Part shown: positions 1 to 13,049 of the stretch, one piece after another | Layout: every line of letters starts with the position of its first letter | Numbering within the stretch: the stretch's first letter is position 1 | Source: Octopus bimaculoides | Lineage: Eukaryota | Direction of reading: 5' to 3' | Length of the DNA stretch: 42,765 nt | Assembly (NCBI RefSeq): GCF_001194135.2 | Contig: NC_069000.1 | Location: 26,255,753 to 26,298,517 of the forward strand | The notes under the pieces: model-generated | The model's input: the letters and a program-made list of their open reading frames with translations, nothing else | What the model was told of the DNA's origin: nothing | Database searches by the model: none | Position numbers and translations under genes: made by a program

Positions 1-689
1 CAGTTTTTTTCAGGTGCATTTAACATATCTGACCTCCAAACCTTCTGCAAGCCACTTTTGTCCAGAAATGAAAGATAGACAGGGTAGTGATGACCTCAAA
101 GTTTCCCACCAAGGGAGCTTTGTTTCATCTGTTTTTTTTCCTTTTTCAGGTTATTTTACATGCTTTCAATGAATGTGACATTGAAATCACAAATAAACGG
201 CTCCTTTTTCCAGAAAAGTAAATATTTGGCTGCTGTTATAGCATGCTCTGCTACCACATAACAGCTATTTGCATTCACACTGAAATATTTACCAACTTTT
301 TTCCTTCCATTTATTTTTTCCAATTTATGGAAGTCGATATTTTCTCTGCTGACATCCACCTCAGTGAGGTCATGCATCAAGTGGAAACACATCAATCACT
401 CTTCCCTCTTGACAGGACAAAGAAATTTCCCACTGTCTTTACAAGCAACAAATGGGTGGATTTGGTTTCAAATCCAGGCATAGCCAAACGAGGTCCTACA
501 AGTTATTTATAATATGTGGAGTTATTTTGGGGTTGAAAGAATGATGCATACAATATTAAATATGCTAAGACAATCTGAAAACAATAGAAACTTTTAAAGT
601 TTTACTGGTTTTTATGAAATTTTGGGGTTAATGAACTAAATGCAACGGGAATTAATTAGTCCCATAATGATTTTCAAAGTTAACTTAAA

Positions 690-763
690 AGTTAAATTGT
701 TATCAAAAATGTTAACTTCGTTAATTAACGATTAATGGATTAACAGACTTATGCCCAGCTCTG
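690..763 (-). mobile_element. Probable hAT-type DNA transposon terminus (element extends toward window start)
   Basis: Minus strand reads CAGAGCTGGGCATAAG followed by clustered GTTAAT/ATTAAC/GTTAAC subterminal motifs, and abuts a (TA)n tract. I could not assign a transposase frame in 1-690. Confidence 0.4.
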
Positions 764-1189
764 TGTATGTATATATATANNNNNNNNNNNNNNNNNNNNN
801 NNNNNNNNNNNNNNNNNNNNNNNNNNNNNNNNNNNNNNNNNNNNNNNNNNNNNNNNNNNNNNNNNNNNNNNNNNNNNNTATACACATATATGTTGATATA
901 TATATATATACTGACTTCTATACATAGGTATGTGTGAATATGTGTTAGTATATATTATCTACACAAATACATACACAATATCTCTGCTGAAATATAGACA
1001 GTATTTGCCTTCAAATTTTCCAAAGGCTATAGTCAAGTATATATATATATACTGCTGTTCTTATTCAGATTAGTAAACAATAAATATAAAGATATATTAT
1101 CATAATTCTTTCAAAACATCTATATTTTATTTAAAAATATCCAAATTGTAATAACAGAATTTCAATCTGAAAATTTGTGAATGTTGAAT

Positions 1190-2925
1190 CTACTCAGAAT
1201 AAACAATATTTGTTGTATAATTTTTTGTTGGTGTCGAAATGAATAAATTTTTGCTGCTTCCAAATCATGAGCAAGCAACATAGAGTTGGCCATGGGAGAA
1301 GCATGTAGTAGAGAGATCAAGTCAAACTAATTTGAGTGATTGACCCTGAGATTTGTTAATTGAAGGTATGAGAGGAATTTTTGGAATAAAGACATTTTCT
1401 CCTTTGTAACTACCTATTATGATTGTTGCCTGTAGGACATGGGGTTTCATGGAAGTAACAATTAAGTGAGTTCCATTACACAGGTGAGATGGGTCAAGAT
1501 TCCTAAACAACATAATGGGAGCACCCAGTTTTATTGTCGTCAAGTTATGTGATGGCACTCCAGTGGCTTTAAGTGTGTTCAGAAATTCAACAAGTTATTG
1601 AACAACCTAATCTTGATCAACTGTTGTCAGTTTGATTGAAAAGTCATTTCTGATGTATCTGTTAACTTTTGAAGAAGTTCATGATTGAGTTTATTAACCA
1701 TTTCATTAGCTGGAGCCAGTATAGCTCTTTCACATAGCCCGTTTACATCAGTGTAATTGACAGATAAATTAGGAAATACTTTGTCCATATGATCCCTAAG
1801 ACAAAGTATCATTTGATCACATGTAATTTCATGTAGCTGAAGTCTTGAGTTGAATGTTAATACCCCATTACCAATCTTAAGAAGCTCTTATGATTACCTT
1901 GTAGAAGTACTCTCATGTTGCCTGTAAGATGAAGTTCTTCCACATGTCTCCAAAGGTACGATTTTTGTAAGTATGCATTGACCTCATCAGCTTTTGATCC
2001 TTTGGGGATAACTGGCAATATTTGATAAAAATCTCCTGCAAGAAGAACTGTTACTCCTCCCACAAGCATGCTACTTCTTTTATGTCTTGGAGGGTACGGT
2101 CAAGTACCTCTAGAGCTTCAGTGTGACATAGTGCACTCATCCCAAATAATGAGGCAAGTTTGTTAGAGAACTGTTGCCATTACAGAGTTTTTGGAAATGT
2201 TGCACATTTGAGATTCTTTCATTGCAAAGTTTAGAAGGAACTTGAACATGGAATGAGCACTTCTTCCCCTATTGAGGAGGGTAGCTGCAATACCAGAAGA
2301 TGCAACACTGGAAGAAGGTTAGATTTTATCTCCTTCCATTTAGGATTGCAGGTGAAAGTGACAAAAAGATCTGGTTTTCCATGTCCTGACATATGTCATA
2401 GCATCTTGTGTTCATTCGTGCATATATCGAGGAGCACTTGTGAATGAAGATGGGAGGATTATAAGTTGCCCCATGTTTTGAATATCACCATCTGTGCTCT
2501 GAGCATCTTGGAGATGTACATAATTTTTAGCCCCTAACTTTTTTTGATTGTTATAAATATAGAGGAAACTTTAGCATACATATCAACCGGGTATTGCTGA
2601 AATAGATCACAATACATGTGTAATTGATTTGATTGTTCTGGTCTTAACGTCACTTGATGAGAATAGAAGTTATTTGATGACACCTTTTTGTTTGTAATTG
2701 GCTCTCATGTTGCAGGTTCAATCTGTGGAATATTGAAATGATACCCACCTTGTCCATGCCACAAAATTAGAGGATATTGGAGAGCATCATAAGAGAGACG
2801 AGTCCCTGAAACACGTTTAAGGGTGTTATCTCAAACACGAATGAGAATATCTCAATTTTCATGGGGATTACCTACCATAAGGATGGCCACTTCATTAGAT
2901 GTGGGCTCATTAAAATGGTAAAAAA
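1190..2925 (-). mobile_element. Helitron RepHel remnant (Rep N-terminus plus Pif1-like helicase), internally deleted, with stops and frameshifts
   Basis: Minus-strand motifs in order: HFNEPTSNEVAIL, SYDALQYPL, GKPDLFVTFTCNPKW (Rep); then VASSGIAATLL, IIWDECTM, LLAGDFYQILPV, RAILAP, PIMLFRNLDPSHLCNGT, INKSQGQS, HGQLYVACS (Pif1 helicase). No TC/CTRR termini recognised. Confidence 0.92.
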
Positions 2926-2967
2926 TGTCCTCTACTATAGATTATTATAGACGTAACGAACACAGAA

Positions 2968-2998
<31 letters not shown>

Positions 2999-3119
2999 GA
3001 CACATACACACTCATACACACAAATATATGTATGTGTGTGTGTCTGTTTAATTGTCTGAGGCCTAACAAATTATCACACATACAGTCGCACACACATACA
3101 GTGACACGCACTCACATAC

Positions 3120-3871
3120 ATATACTAAGACAGACACAGAGACATACATTCATGCATACCTTAGGTGTATCTCTGTCCCTCTGTGTATGTCAATCATCAC
3201 AAAAATGTATGTATATTCACACACACATATACTTCTCAGCCATCAGCCTAAAGTACGTAATGAGCATGCAAGCACACACACACACTCACAGACACATACA
3301 CACTCACAGACACATACACACTCATATAGAAAATGTGACCTTGTCATCATCATTGTTGTCATGAGATAAAATGAGGTTTACGATAATAGACTTGTAGAAA
3401 GATAATAATGTTAAATTTTTATAATGCAAATACGTAAATGAAAATAAAGTTTATTTGGTACCTGAAAGATTACTGGATCTTTTGATACCCCATATGACAT
3501 AGACATATACTAAGACAGACGCAGAAAGACATACATTCAAGCACACCTCAGGCATATCTCTGTCCCTTTGTGTGTGTGTCTCTCTCTTTGGATGTGTGTG
3601 TGTGTGTGTGTGTCAGTCATCACAAAAATGTATATATATTCACACACACATACATCGTCATATTCACTCACACACATATACTTTTCAGTCAGCCTAAAGT
3701 AAGTAACAAATGCACAAACACACACACACTCACAAACACATACACATTCATATAGAAAATGTGACGTGGTGGTGGTATAAAATGTGATTTACGATAGTTG
3801 ACTTATAGAAAGATTATAATGTTAAATTTTTACAATGCAAAGATTACTGAATCTTTTGATACTCCATATGT
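3120..3871. repeat. Tandem duplication of a ~380-bp microsatellite-rich unit (2 copies)
   Basis: CATATACTAAGACAGAC, ATCATCACAAAAATGTAT, CAGCCTAAAGTA, ATATAGAAAATGTGAC and GATAC(C/T)CCATATG each occur twice about 380 bp apart. Confidence 0.85.
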
Positions 3872-4350
3872 CAAAATTGATAGCTAAGTTTTCGAATGCA
3901 TAAGGAACATATGCACACATACACACGTACATGCACTCACACAAACTTTGGTTTATATATTAAGATATATTCTTACCCTTCCCTACATGCATGCACAAAG
4001 ACCCACATTAAAACGTATGTATGTGTACACACATGCAAAAAGGCATGAACATGTAACTTATTGTGTGTGGTTTATGATGGCTGGGTTTATTCCTGCATAT
4101 CTCTTCTGATGTGTATGAATGTATGACTATGTGTATGTTTGAGTGGTTATCTAATATATATGCCAAAATTGAGACTGCAAATGTAACTTTGTGCATGAAG
4201 GCATCTGGCTACAATTGATTGCTTTCCAAATGTAACTGTAGCAAATACATTGAAATACATATTTCGTACAAAAAATAAATCATATCTTATAAGTTATCTT
4301 TTTTCCTTTCTCTCTCGCCACAGACAGACAGACAGACAGACAGACATACA

Positions 4351-4389
<39 letters not shown>

Positions 4390-4610
4390 ATACACATACA
4401 ACACAAATATAAGACAAAAATGGGAAATGAGCATATTTATTAAATAAGAAATATATTTATTCAAATGTTATATAAATACATTAACACCCAAGAAGTTATC
4501 TCAACTTAAAAGACACTTGATACTTTGTGACTGACTGGAATTCTGCAAAGGTAAAAAAATTCAAATATAGCCCCAAAGTAACATACATACATACATACAT
4601 ATGCGTGTGC

Positions 4611-4628
4611 ACACACACACACGCACAC

Positions 4629-4714
<86 letters not shown>
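4611..4714. repeat. (CA)n microsatellite (one of many; also 4321-4388, 10745-10850 (TATG)n, and numerous (TA)n tracts)
   Basis: Direct reading of the sequence. Confidence 0.98.
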
Positions 4715-4715
<1 letters not shown>

Positions 4716-4719
<4 letters not shown>

Positions 4720-5575
4720 CAGATATGATGGACCCATATGTATAAGGACAGGACCTTAAGAGAACATGGTTATCAGAACTCTTAGCTTACAACAAACATA
4801 TTGCCCACAACATCTTTGCAGTGCCTGACTTCACGCATCCATTTGGCCTTCTGAATTGGTCGCTACAAGAACTCTATGAGATTGATACTCAAAACTCGCA
4901 AGCTGCTCAGTGTTACAGGAAACTTCAACATCAATGGAGATGTAAAAATGCTATACTTGCCAAGCAAGGATAGTAGCTGTGACCTCAAATCTGTATTGAT
5001 GTCATATGTCATATCTTCCCATGAGGCATGATGCGGTGGCTAGAACAGGATAACAAAAAAAAAATATCTACAAAGTTGACTATATTGAGACTAATGGACC
5101 AAAAGAATACTGGTGATGTTTTAAAATTAAAATAGCCACCAAGTTAAAACACAACCAACCAGATATTGTTATGTGGGACCACAAGGAAAAGATATGTTTT
5201 TTGTGCAAATCAGCTGTCCTCTCGACACCAATGTGATTAGAGAAATACAAGAGAAAGAGAACATCTATGGATCATTGGGAAGTTTGAAAATCCAGTACCC
5301 AAGATACACTATCAGTTTCATACCTATTGTTATTGAAGCAACAAGATACATACCAGCCCATCTAAAGCAAATTATGGCTGAATTTGAGTTCTTGGGGAGA
5401 GGATGCAAATCCTTAAATCATATGCTACAAATTATAATATCTGGGACTATAAAAATCTGCAAGACTTTCTTAAGATTTCAAGGATGAACAAAGCATGATG
5501 CTTTCCTTCATAACCTTGCTACTAAGGAGGTGGCCAGTTAGAATTTATTCTAAATTAAAAAGAAAAAGAGAACAC
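4716..5575 (+). mobile_element. R4/Dong-like non-LTR retrotransposon fragment (RT C-terminus plus restriction-like endonuclease), copy 1, internally deleted
   Basis: AHNIFAVP..FGLLNWSLQELYEID, LYLPSK, then PDIVMWDHKEK / ISCPLDTNV..EKENIYG / FIPIVIEA / SGTIKICKTFL. This is a PD-(D/E)xK RLE domain. Confidence 0.8.
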
Positions 5576-5689
5576 ATGCATACATTTATTCATTCTTTTA
5601 TTCATTCATTATATGTGCAAATAAGGTTGGAGTACTGTATCAAAAAGTGCAAAGCACAAAATTCAAATAATTAAAGAAATATGCAAATG

Positions 5690-7730
5690 ATATGAAGTAC
5701 AGATGTCCCAAAGTGATTACTAATAGCTTCTTGTGGCAGAGATTATTGGCAGACCAGGTCTATATCTTTTATTGAACTCAACATTTACTAGTTCTCCAAC
5801 AATAGCTGCAAGGACTGTACTTAGATGTTTCCACTTATGCCAGAACATGGCTTTCTGGGGCACCAACTCCTCTGCCTTGCCTGACCTAAATGATATGTTG
5901 CTCCAGAACACTGCTTCTATCTGGGAGTTAAGCTCTCTTTCAGCTATGGTGTTTAATGGTGTCTCTCTCTGATTCCATTTCCTCTTAACATGTATGTGAC
6001 TCTAAATTAGCACCTGACCTTCCCCTTGTCCAGCATCTCGCACTCTTTTTAAGATACCCATCATCACAGCATCTGTCCTCTTTCCAACTTTCTCTCCCCA
6101 GCTCACACTATCTGCTCTCTTTACGTAGCTACATGCAACTCAGAGCCAACCCAACATAGAATAGTGACCCACCAGTCACTTGCCCATAGAAAACAGCTTT
6201 ACTTGACTCAGCTTGTACTTTAAGTCCAAAATCTCATTTCCTCTCTGACCTACCTTTCCTCAGCCTCATTCCCTACACTAAACCTTCTACCATGGATTCA
6301 GGTAGTGTTATAGCTATCCCAAACCTCTTCAAATGACTCATGACCTATGCTGTTGTCACCACTGATTCATCCACTAAGATGTCATCTATGTATAAGAGTT
6401 AGTGGCCCCTTTCACTCTGTCCACATTTCTCAATATTGTCTTGAGGATGCTTGCCATGATCTTTAGCAGAAAGTTCAGTCCAAATCCCAACTTAGTCAAG
6501 CAATACTTCTTCAACAGCTGATATTTCCACAACTTTTTGGTCATGTGAAACTGTATATAAGCTGGTTTTAATATACTTTCAAAGAACCTCTACCTCCTCC
6601 ATCATCTGTTTCCACTCTCTCAAGGTTTCCCCACATACATCCATGGCCTCTCTACCATTTTGACATGCCACATGGTCATTCAGCTCCCAGAAGTCTAACA
6701 TTGGCTGGACTTTAATCTTTTATTGGATTTTTTATTGTTATCAGTAGTAGCACCTCACTCTCCATCTCTTCCTCTCAAAGCATTAAAATAACTTCTTCAA
6801 TCTGCCTCTCCATCTCAAATTCGGTTCTCACCCCTACTTTCAAACAGCCTTATAGCTGCTTGCTTTATTCTTCAGCACTGAAGGCTCATCCTTCTGGAAC
6901 CATTTCATCGCCCATCACTTGCTGTCAAATTCTGCATTTTTGTCCTCAGTTTTACAAAGAATATCTACCTCTCCCTGGTTTACTTTGACTGCATACACGC
7001 AGCACATCATTTCTACTCCAATTTCTACTCTTCCCTCACTAACAGAGCACCACCCAAACCTGCAAATTATATCCATCCCCATCACTACATTAGTCCCTCC
7101 AACAAAATGGTTTATCACGATCACCTTGACCTTCATCTAAATTCAATATACTGTCAACTTCACAATAGAGGTACCCTACAATGAACTCCCCTCCCTTCAA
7201 TTGTTCTTATACTATTCAACCCACCCTAATCATCTAACAAGTCACTGGAGTGGTTATGCAGCCTGTTTCAACCAGATTTCTCCTAGCAGGAATAAAGGAA
7301 TGTCTCTACTTGGCACAGTAGCCACCCCAACTTCCTCCATTTCCATGACTGCTGTGGATTGCTTTATGACCAGCTTGGACACACTAGTAACAGATCAATT
7401 CCACTTTTAAGTTTTTGCAGTCTGTGACCATGTCCCACATACAATATTTGTAGCACTGCCACTTGAAAGGTTGCATTCATTCTCTTTCCTCTTCTAAACC
7501 CATGCTGCTCTCCTGTAGCATGTCCAGCTAACCCTACCAATCTTCTGAGCTTGTTGGCAAACACAGCCACCTTACCACCAGTCCATCTTGCTCTTCACAT
7601 CCTGCCATAGGCCAAACATTCCTTCCCTAAAACTTCCTTCAACCTGACTTCTATTCTTCCTGCATATAGCTAGTCTTCTTCACTCATTTATAATGACCTT
7701 ATCACATCGCTAGTGATTTTCACATTGCAC
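5690..7730 (-). mobile_element. Heavily decayed Gypsy-type LTR retrotransposon internal region (gag-protease-RT-RNase H)
   Basis: Gag-like KWTGGKVAVFANKLRRLVGLAG; protease-like LVETGCITT and NVVMGMDII; RT-like KVQPMLDFWELN, DVCGETLREW and NSYIDDILVDES (YIDD at 6381-6392). LTRs not recognised. Confidence 0.72.
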
Positions 7731-8479
7731 AACATGTTCACATGGTTTTGAACTGAAATAGCTTATAATGGAGACTAGGCAAACAGAGAAAAAAATAATC
7801 CACTGGGGATTATCTCTCCTGGTGAACATACATCTCCAACATAGGAAAGACTGAATCTCAAAGACTAACCCTTTCCAAATCAACTATTAAACTTCTATAA
7901 AGTTCACTTGTAAGACAGTGCTGCTGCCACACACATACTACAACCACAGAAAGGCCATCTGATTGGTTCGCATAAAGTATCTTACAAACACACTTTAACT
8001 TCTAGCTCTGGGTCACACATGTGCAATCTCCTCTCTCTCTCTCTCTTTCGGCTGCTACATCAATGATCTGGTCTCATTACAGGTGGCTGGTCTTGCACCA
8101 CCTCCTTTCAAGAATGCCAGACTTGTTTCTCTCTTCTGGCCATCCACATTTTGTTCATATACCCCACTCTTCAGGCCCAACATCTAACTACAATGTCTAG
8201 TCTTTCATTCCCAGAATGTTAGTCCACTGGAGTTCCTTGCCGGCACACACTTTTTCCTGCAGTCAACAACTTTCAAATATGTCAGTGAATCCCATCTATC
8301 CTAAAGGGCCTGCAAAGGCTATTTATTTTATTTTAATAATTTGAGTCTAACACACATATTAAAATAAATAAATATCTAAACAAATATATAATGCAGTCTT
8401 TTAAAAGCAGTTTATTTTTTATTGATCTTTATGATTCTTGTTGTTTAACTGTCATCGTTTGTAATGTTCAGTGTTTTGG

Positions 8480-8625
8480 TCTTCTCCACCTAATTCTCAG
8501 AGCAATCTTTCCAGCATTTTGTTCTACCTCTGAATGTGAGCTGTTGGAGCATTTTATTATCTTCAGGCAACAGGACAATGTCATCAGCAAAGTTCAGATC
8601 TTTCAGTCTCATCTGTTGTTTCCAT
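8480..8625 (-). mobile_element. Small RTE-type LINE reverse transcriptase fragment
   Basis: LKDLNFADDIVLL (RT catalytic motif) in ORF 8490-8672. Confidence 0.6.
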
Positions 8626-8857
8626 GGTACACACACACACACACACATTGACAGAAAAGTAATGCAGAGCAAATTATAAGTTATACAATCATATGTTCGA
8701 ATTTACAGTAAGTTTTCCAATATGATTTTTTTTTCCATTGCATACTAGGTGTGCATTCCAGTTCCCTGTCTTGCAAAGTTACAAAATCTGATGAGTTTAT
8801 ATGAAGACTTCATTGCAGTGTAATAGCTGATTTCTTCATAAATTCTAACACTCTTTT

Positions 8858-9125
8858 TGAGTGTCTAGTGGTTAGAGTGTTGCACTCACAGTCACAAAGT
8901 CATGGTTTCAATTCCAAAACCATGTGGTGCATTATGTTCTTGAGCAAAACACTTTATCTCACATTGCTCTGTGATCACTTCAACACCTGATGCATGATAG
9001 ACTGTGCACCTGCTCAGGCAATGTTGATTTGTTTGAGTGAATGAGCACAAACACTTGATCACTATAAACAAATTATTCATGCAGGTCATTCAGCAAAAGC
9101 TGAATACTTATGTGGCATCTTTGAT
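8858..9125 (+). mobile_element. tRNA-derived SINE
   Basis: A-box-like TAGTGGTTAGA (8866-8876), B-box-like GGTTTCAATTCC (8904-8915), then a TTGAGCAAAACACTTTA core-like motif. No acceptor stem, so not a tRNA gene. Confidence 0.65.
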
Positions 9126-9157
9126 AGGAGAGTCAATCATATATATATATATATATA

Positions 9158-10469
9158 AAGGGGTTGGACAAAATAATGGAAACACCTTGCATCATAGCAC
9201 CATAATTTTGAAATATCTATAAAATCGTCAAAAACTTGTTTATTTTTTTGTTTTATGATTTATTATTAGTGTTGCTTAATATGTTTTGCTAAAATTACTG
9301 TTTCTTTTCAGATATCATCAGAAAAAGGTAACTAAAATTCATTAAAATGACAAATCTATCAGACTTTCAAAGAGGTCAAATTGTTGGTGCTCATATAGCA
9401 GGTGCTAGCATAATGAAAACAGCTAAAATGTTTGCTGTATCAAGAAGTACTGTCACAAAAGTAATGACAGCCTTTGAGAAAGAGGGAAAAATCTCCACAT
9501 CAAAACAAAACTCCAGAAGAAAACCAAAATTTTCAGATAGGGACCATTGAATTCTTATGTGAATTGTTATAAAGGATCACAAATGTACAGCTCCCAAAAT
9601 TACTGCAGAGCTTAATGACGACCTCGAGAACCCAGTTTCTACAAAAATTGTTCGCTGGGAGCTGCACAAACCCAAATTTCATGGGAGGGCTGCAATCAGA
9701 AAACCACTACTTTCAAAAACAAACATTGCAAAATGTTTAGAGTGGAGTAAANNNNNNNNNNNNNNNNNNNNNNNNNNNNNNNNNNNNNNNNNNNNNNNNN
9801 NNNNNNNNNNNNNNNNNNNNNNNNNNNNNNNNNNNNNNNNNNNNNNNNNNNNNNNNNNNNNNNNNNNNNNNNNNNNNNNNNNNNNNNNNNNNNNNNNNNN
9901 NNNNNNNNNNNNNNNNNNNNNNNNNNNNNNNNNNNNNNNNNNNNNNNNNNNNNNNNNNNNNNNNNNNNNNNNNNNNNNNNNNNNNNNNNNNNNNNNNNNN
10001 NNNNNNNNNNNATGGCAGAATTAATAGTCAAGACTATTTAAGAATTTTATTTGATCAAATTATTCCTATGGTTGTGGAACTGTTTCCGGAGGAAAACACA
10101 ATGTTTCAGGATGATAATGCACCAATTCACACAGCTAAAGTTGTTACTGAATAGCATGAGGAACATTCTAGTGAAGTTGAACATCTTATCTTGCCACCAC
10201 AGTCCCTAGATCTCAATATTATTGAACATTTTTGGTGCATTTTAGAAAAACAAGTAAGGAGTTGATACCCTCCACCATCATCACTACAAGAACTGGAGAC
10301 TGTTTTAGCTGAAGAATGGACAAAAATTGCTTTGGAAACAATTCAAACTTTGTATGAGTCCATACCTTGTAAAATTCAAGTTGTAATTACTACCAAAGCA
10401 GTCCTAACCCATATTAAAATAAATTTGTTTGAAATTTTAAGGTGTTTCCATTATTTTATCCAACCCCTG
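9158..10469 (+). mobile_element. Tc1-family DNA transposon, full length with TIRs, DD36E catalytic spacing
   Basis: TIRs (A/C)AGGGGTTGGA(C/T)AAAATAATGGAAACACCTT at both ends, each flanked by TA inside (TA)n tracts. Confidence 0.93.
9347..10417 (+). pseudogene. Tc1 transposase pseudogene
   Basis: MTNLSDFQRGQIVGA..VSRSTV (paired-like HTH), GRAAIRKPLL, FQDDNAPIH..QSLDLNIIEHFW. In-frame stops present; first catalytic D lies in the gap. Confidence 0.9.
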
Positions 10470-10501
<32 letters not shown>

Positions 10502-10844
10502 TATGCACACATACACACACACATATGCACACACACACACACACATATGCACACACACACACACACATACACACACATTTGTAATAAGGAAGTCAAACCA
10601 AAGAGTGATATTTTGACATCATTTAACACCTACGTTCCAGATTTACGTAATACATAATAAGAGATGCATCCATCTGGTACCATGCACCACTTCTTAGTTT
10701 AATATGAAATATATCAATATGTGTTTGTGTGTGTGTCTATCGTCTGTCTGTCTGTATGTATGTATGTATGTATGTATGTATTTATGTATGTATGTATTTA
10801 TGTATGTATGTATGTATGTATGTGCAGATTTGTATGTTTTATGT

Positions 10845-12455
10845 ATGTATTCTCATGCACATAGTTACATATCTAGACATGCTCATATATATTTAAATGA
10901 AAAAACTCTGGAAAGCTTTATAGATTTTTNNNNNNNNNNNNNNNNNNNNNNNNNNNNNNNNNNNNNNNNNNNNNNNNNNNNNNNNNNNNNNNNNNNNNNN
11001 NNNNNNNNNNNNNNNNNNNNNNNNNNNNNNNNNNNNNNNNNNNNNNNNNNNNNNNNNNNNNNNNNNNNNNNNNNNNNNNNNNNNNNNNNNNNNNNNNNNN
11101 NNNNNNNNNNNNNNNNNNNNNNNNNNNNNNNNNNNNNNNNNNNNNNNNNNNNNNNNNNNNNNNNNNNNNNNNNNNNNNNNNNNNNNNNNNNNNNNNNNNN
11201 NNNNNNNNNNNNNNNNNNNNNNNNNNNNNNNNNNNNNNNNNNNNNNNNNNNNNNNNNNNNNNNNNNNNNNNNNNNNNNNNNNNNNNNNNNNNNNNNNNNN
11301 NNNNNNNNNNNNNNNNNNNNNNNNNNNNNNNNNNNNNNNNNNNNNNNNNNNNNNNNNNNNNNNNNNNNNNNNNNNNNNNNNNNNNNNNNNNNNNNNNNNN
11401 NNNNNNNNNNNNNNNNNNNNNNNNNNNNNNNNNNNNNNNNNNNNNNNNNNNNNNNNNNNNNNNNNNNNNNNNNNNNNNNNNNNNNNNNNNNNNNNNNNNN
11501 NNNNNNNNNNNNNNNNNNNNNNNNNNNNNNNNNNNNNNNNNNNNNNNNNNNNNNNNNNNNNNNNNNNNNNNNNNNNNNNNNNNNNNNNNNNNNNNNNNNN
11601 NNNNNNNNNNNNNNNNNNNNNNNNNNNNNNNNNNNNNNNNNNNNNNNNNNNNNNNNNNNNNNNNNNNNNNNNNNNNNNNNNNNNNNNNNNNNNNNNNNNN
11701 NNNNNNNNNNNNNNNNNNNNNNNNNNNNNNNNNNNNNNNNNNNNNNNNNNNNNNNNNNNNNNNNNNNNNNNNNNNNNNNNNNNNNNNNNNNNNNNNNNNN
11801 NNNNNNNNNNNNNNNNNNNNNNNNNNNNNNNNNNNNNNNNNNNNNNNNNNNNNNNTGGATTGATGTTAAGCCTCTGCTGCCTTGTTTATGTTTTAGGTAG
11901 AAGCAGTCTATGTCACTGTTTATGTGGAAATTATCTGTGCTTGTTAATATTTTGCAGGTGTTCTCATCAATGGCTTGCATCTCATCAAGCATTCAATCAA
12001 GCAGCCCAAATGTTGGTATGAGTACTGGTACTGCAAACACATTGTGGGCCACTGTTTTATTGAATACAGAGAGTCCTGAGGTCCAAATTTTCTTTATTTG
12101 GCTGTAATATTCTTTAGTGACACGTGTTTTGTTACAGGTGCCATTGTAAGATATATTTTCATCCACCCCTAGATACCTGTAACATTCCTATCAAATACAG
12201 GGAAACAGTCAAATCATTGATGGAGATGTTACTAGTCTGGTTTGTAGTTTTCCTCCTTTTCACAACCATACATGTATCCTGACCAAACTCCAAACCTACA
12301 TCCTTTGAGGATGTTGTAACTAGATCAAGGCTCTTTTTCATCACATGCATATTCTAGGCATAAAGTTTTGAGTCATTCACAAAGGAACAGTGTGTAATTT
12401 TGGTAATTCTGTTTCCTTATCAACCAGTGAGGTACCCTTCAGACTTCCTTAACAT
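10845..12455 (-). mobile_element. R4/Dong-like RLE LINE, copy 2 (middle in gap)
   Basis: ITHCSFVNDSKLYA (decayed RT motif C), DVGLEFGQDTC, AHNVFAVPVLIPTFG, HINSDIDCFYLKHKQGSRGL. Left of the gap, KIYKAFQSFFI* matches the KICKTFL C-terminus of copy 1. Confidence 0.75.
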
Positions 12456-13008
12456 GAATGACATATATATATATATATATAATATAATTTATTCCTTATG
12501 ATAAATGCTTTATATAGTAAGTATTTCGCTATATTAATAATCCTCATATAGAGAGAATGTTTCTTAAACCTTTTTCACTTATATTTCAAATCAGTTTTAG
12601 TTCTTATACAGCTAGACTCAACACTACCTAAGCATGTTATTATATTTCATCTTTTATAATCATTTTATGATTATCCGAATGAGTTATGTGACACGGACTC
12701 CATATAGGCTTCTGTAACAACAGAATATTCTTCTGATACTACCTTTCTGATATATTCTTCTTTTTGCCCTGAGGATAATGGTAATATGGAATTAAATTAA
12801 TTTAATTATAATTATAATCAATTTAATTTTTTTCCATGTTTCTTACATGCTAATATTACCATTCAAAACGATCATATGCATGGATTAAAATTTTATAAAA
12901 CTTTTAACATCTTCTCTTCTCCATCTTTAATTGTTTATTGAGTTTATATAGAATACATGTTCTATAAATGCTCATAACACACCTTATACTTATAAAATNN
13001 NNNNNNNN

Positions 13009-13044
<36 letters not shown>

Positions 13045-13049
<5 letters not shown>

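Noticed and set aside
156-512. ORFs next to the hAT-like end as a transposase
   Set aside because: No convincing hAT motif in any frame; a WW..LP match is too weak.
3032-4745. His/Thr- or Cys/Val-rich ORFs
   Set aside because: These are translations of (CA)n/(TG)n microsatellites.
8789-8812. CTGATGAG followed by a weak stem as a hammerhead
   Set aside because: No GAAA box after the stem and no helix I/III.
8858-8930. tRNA gene
   Set aside because: A/B boxes are present but there is no cloverleaf or terminator, and it continues into a SINE body.
10704-11992. Long ORFs in the track spanning N runs (also 9696-10031, 16620-17664, 33624-34031, 40912-41337)
   Set aside because: Their length comes from translating N as X across assembly gaps; they are not evidence of genes.
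12768-12795. CTGAGGA..GGAAT as a hammerhead
   Set aside because: No complementary helix II and the second box is not GAAA.
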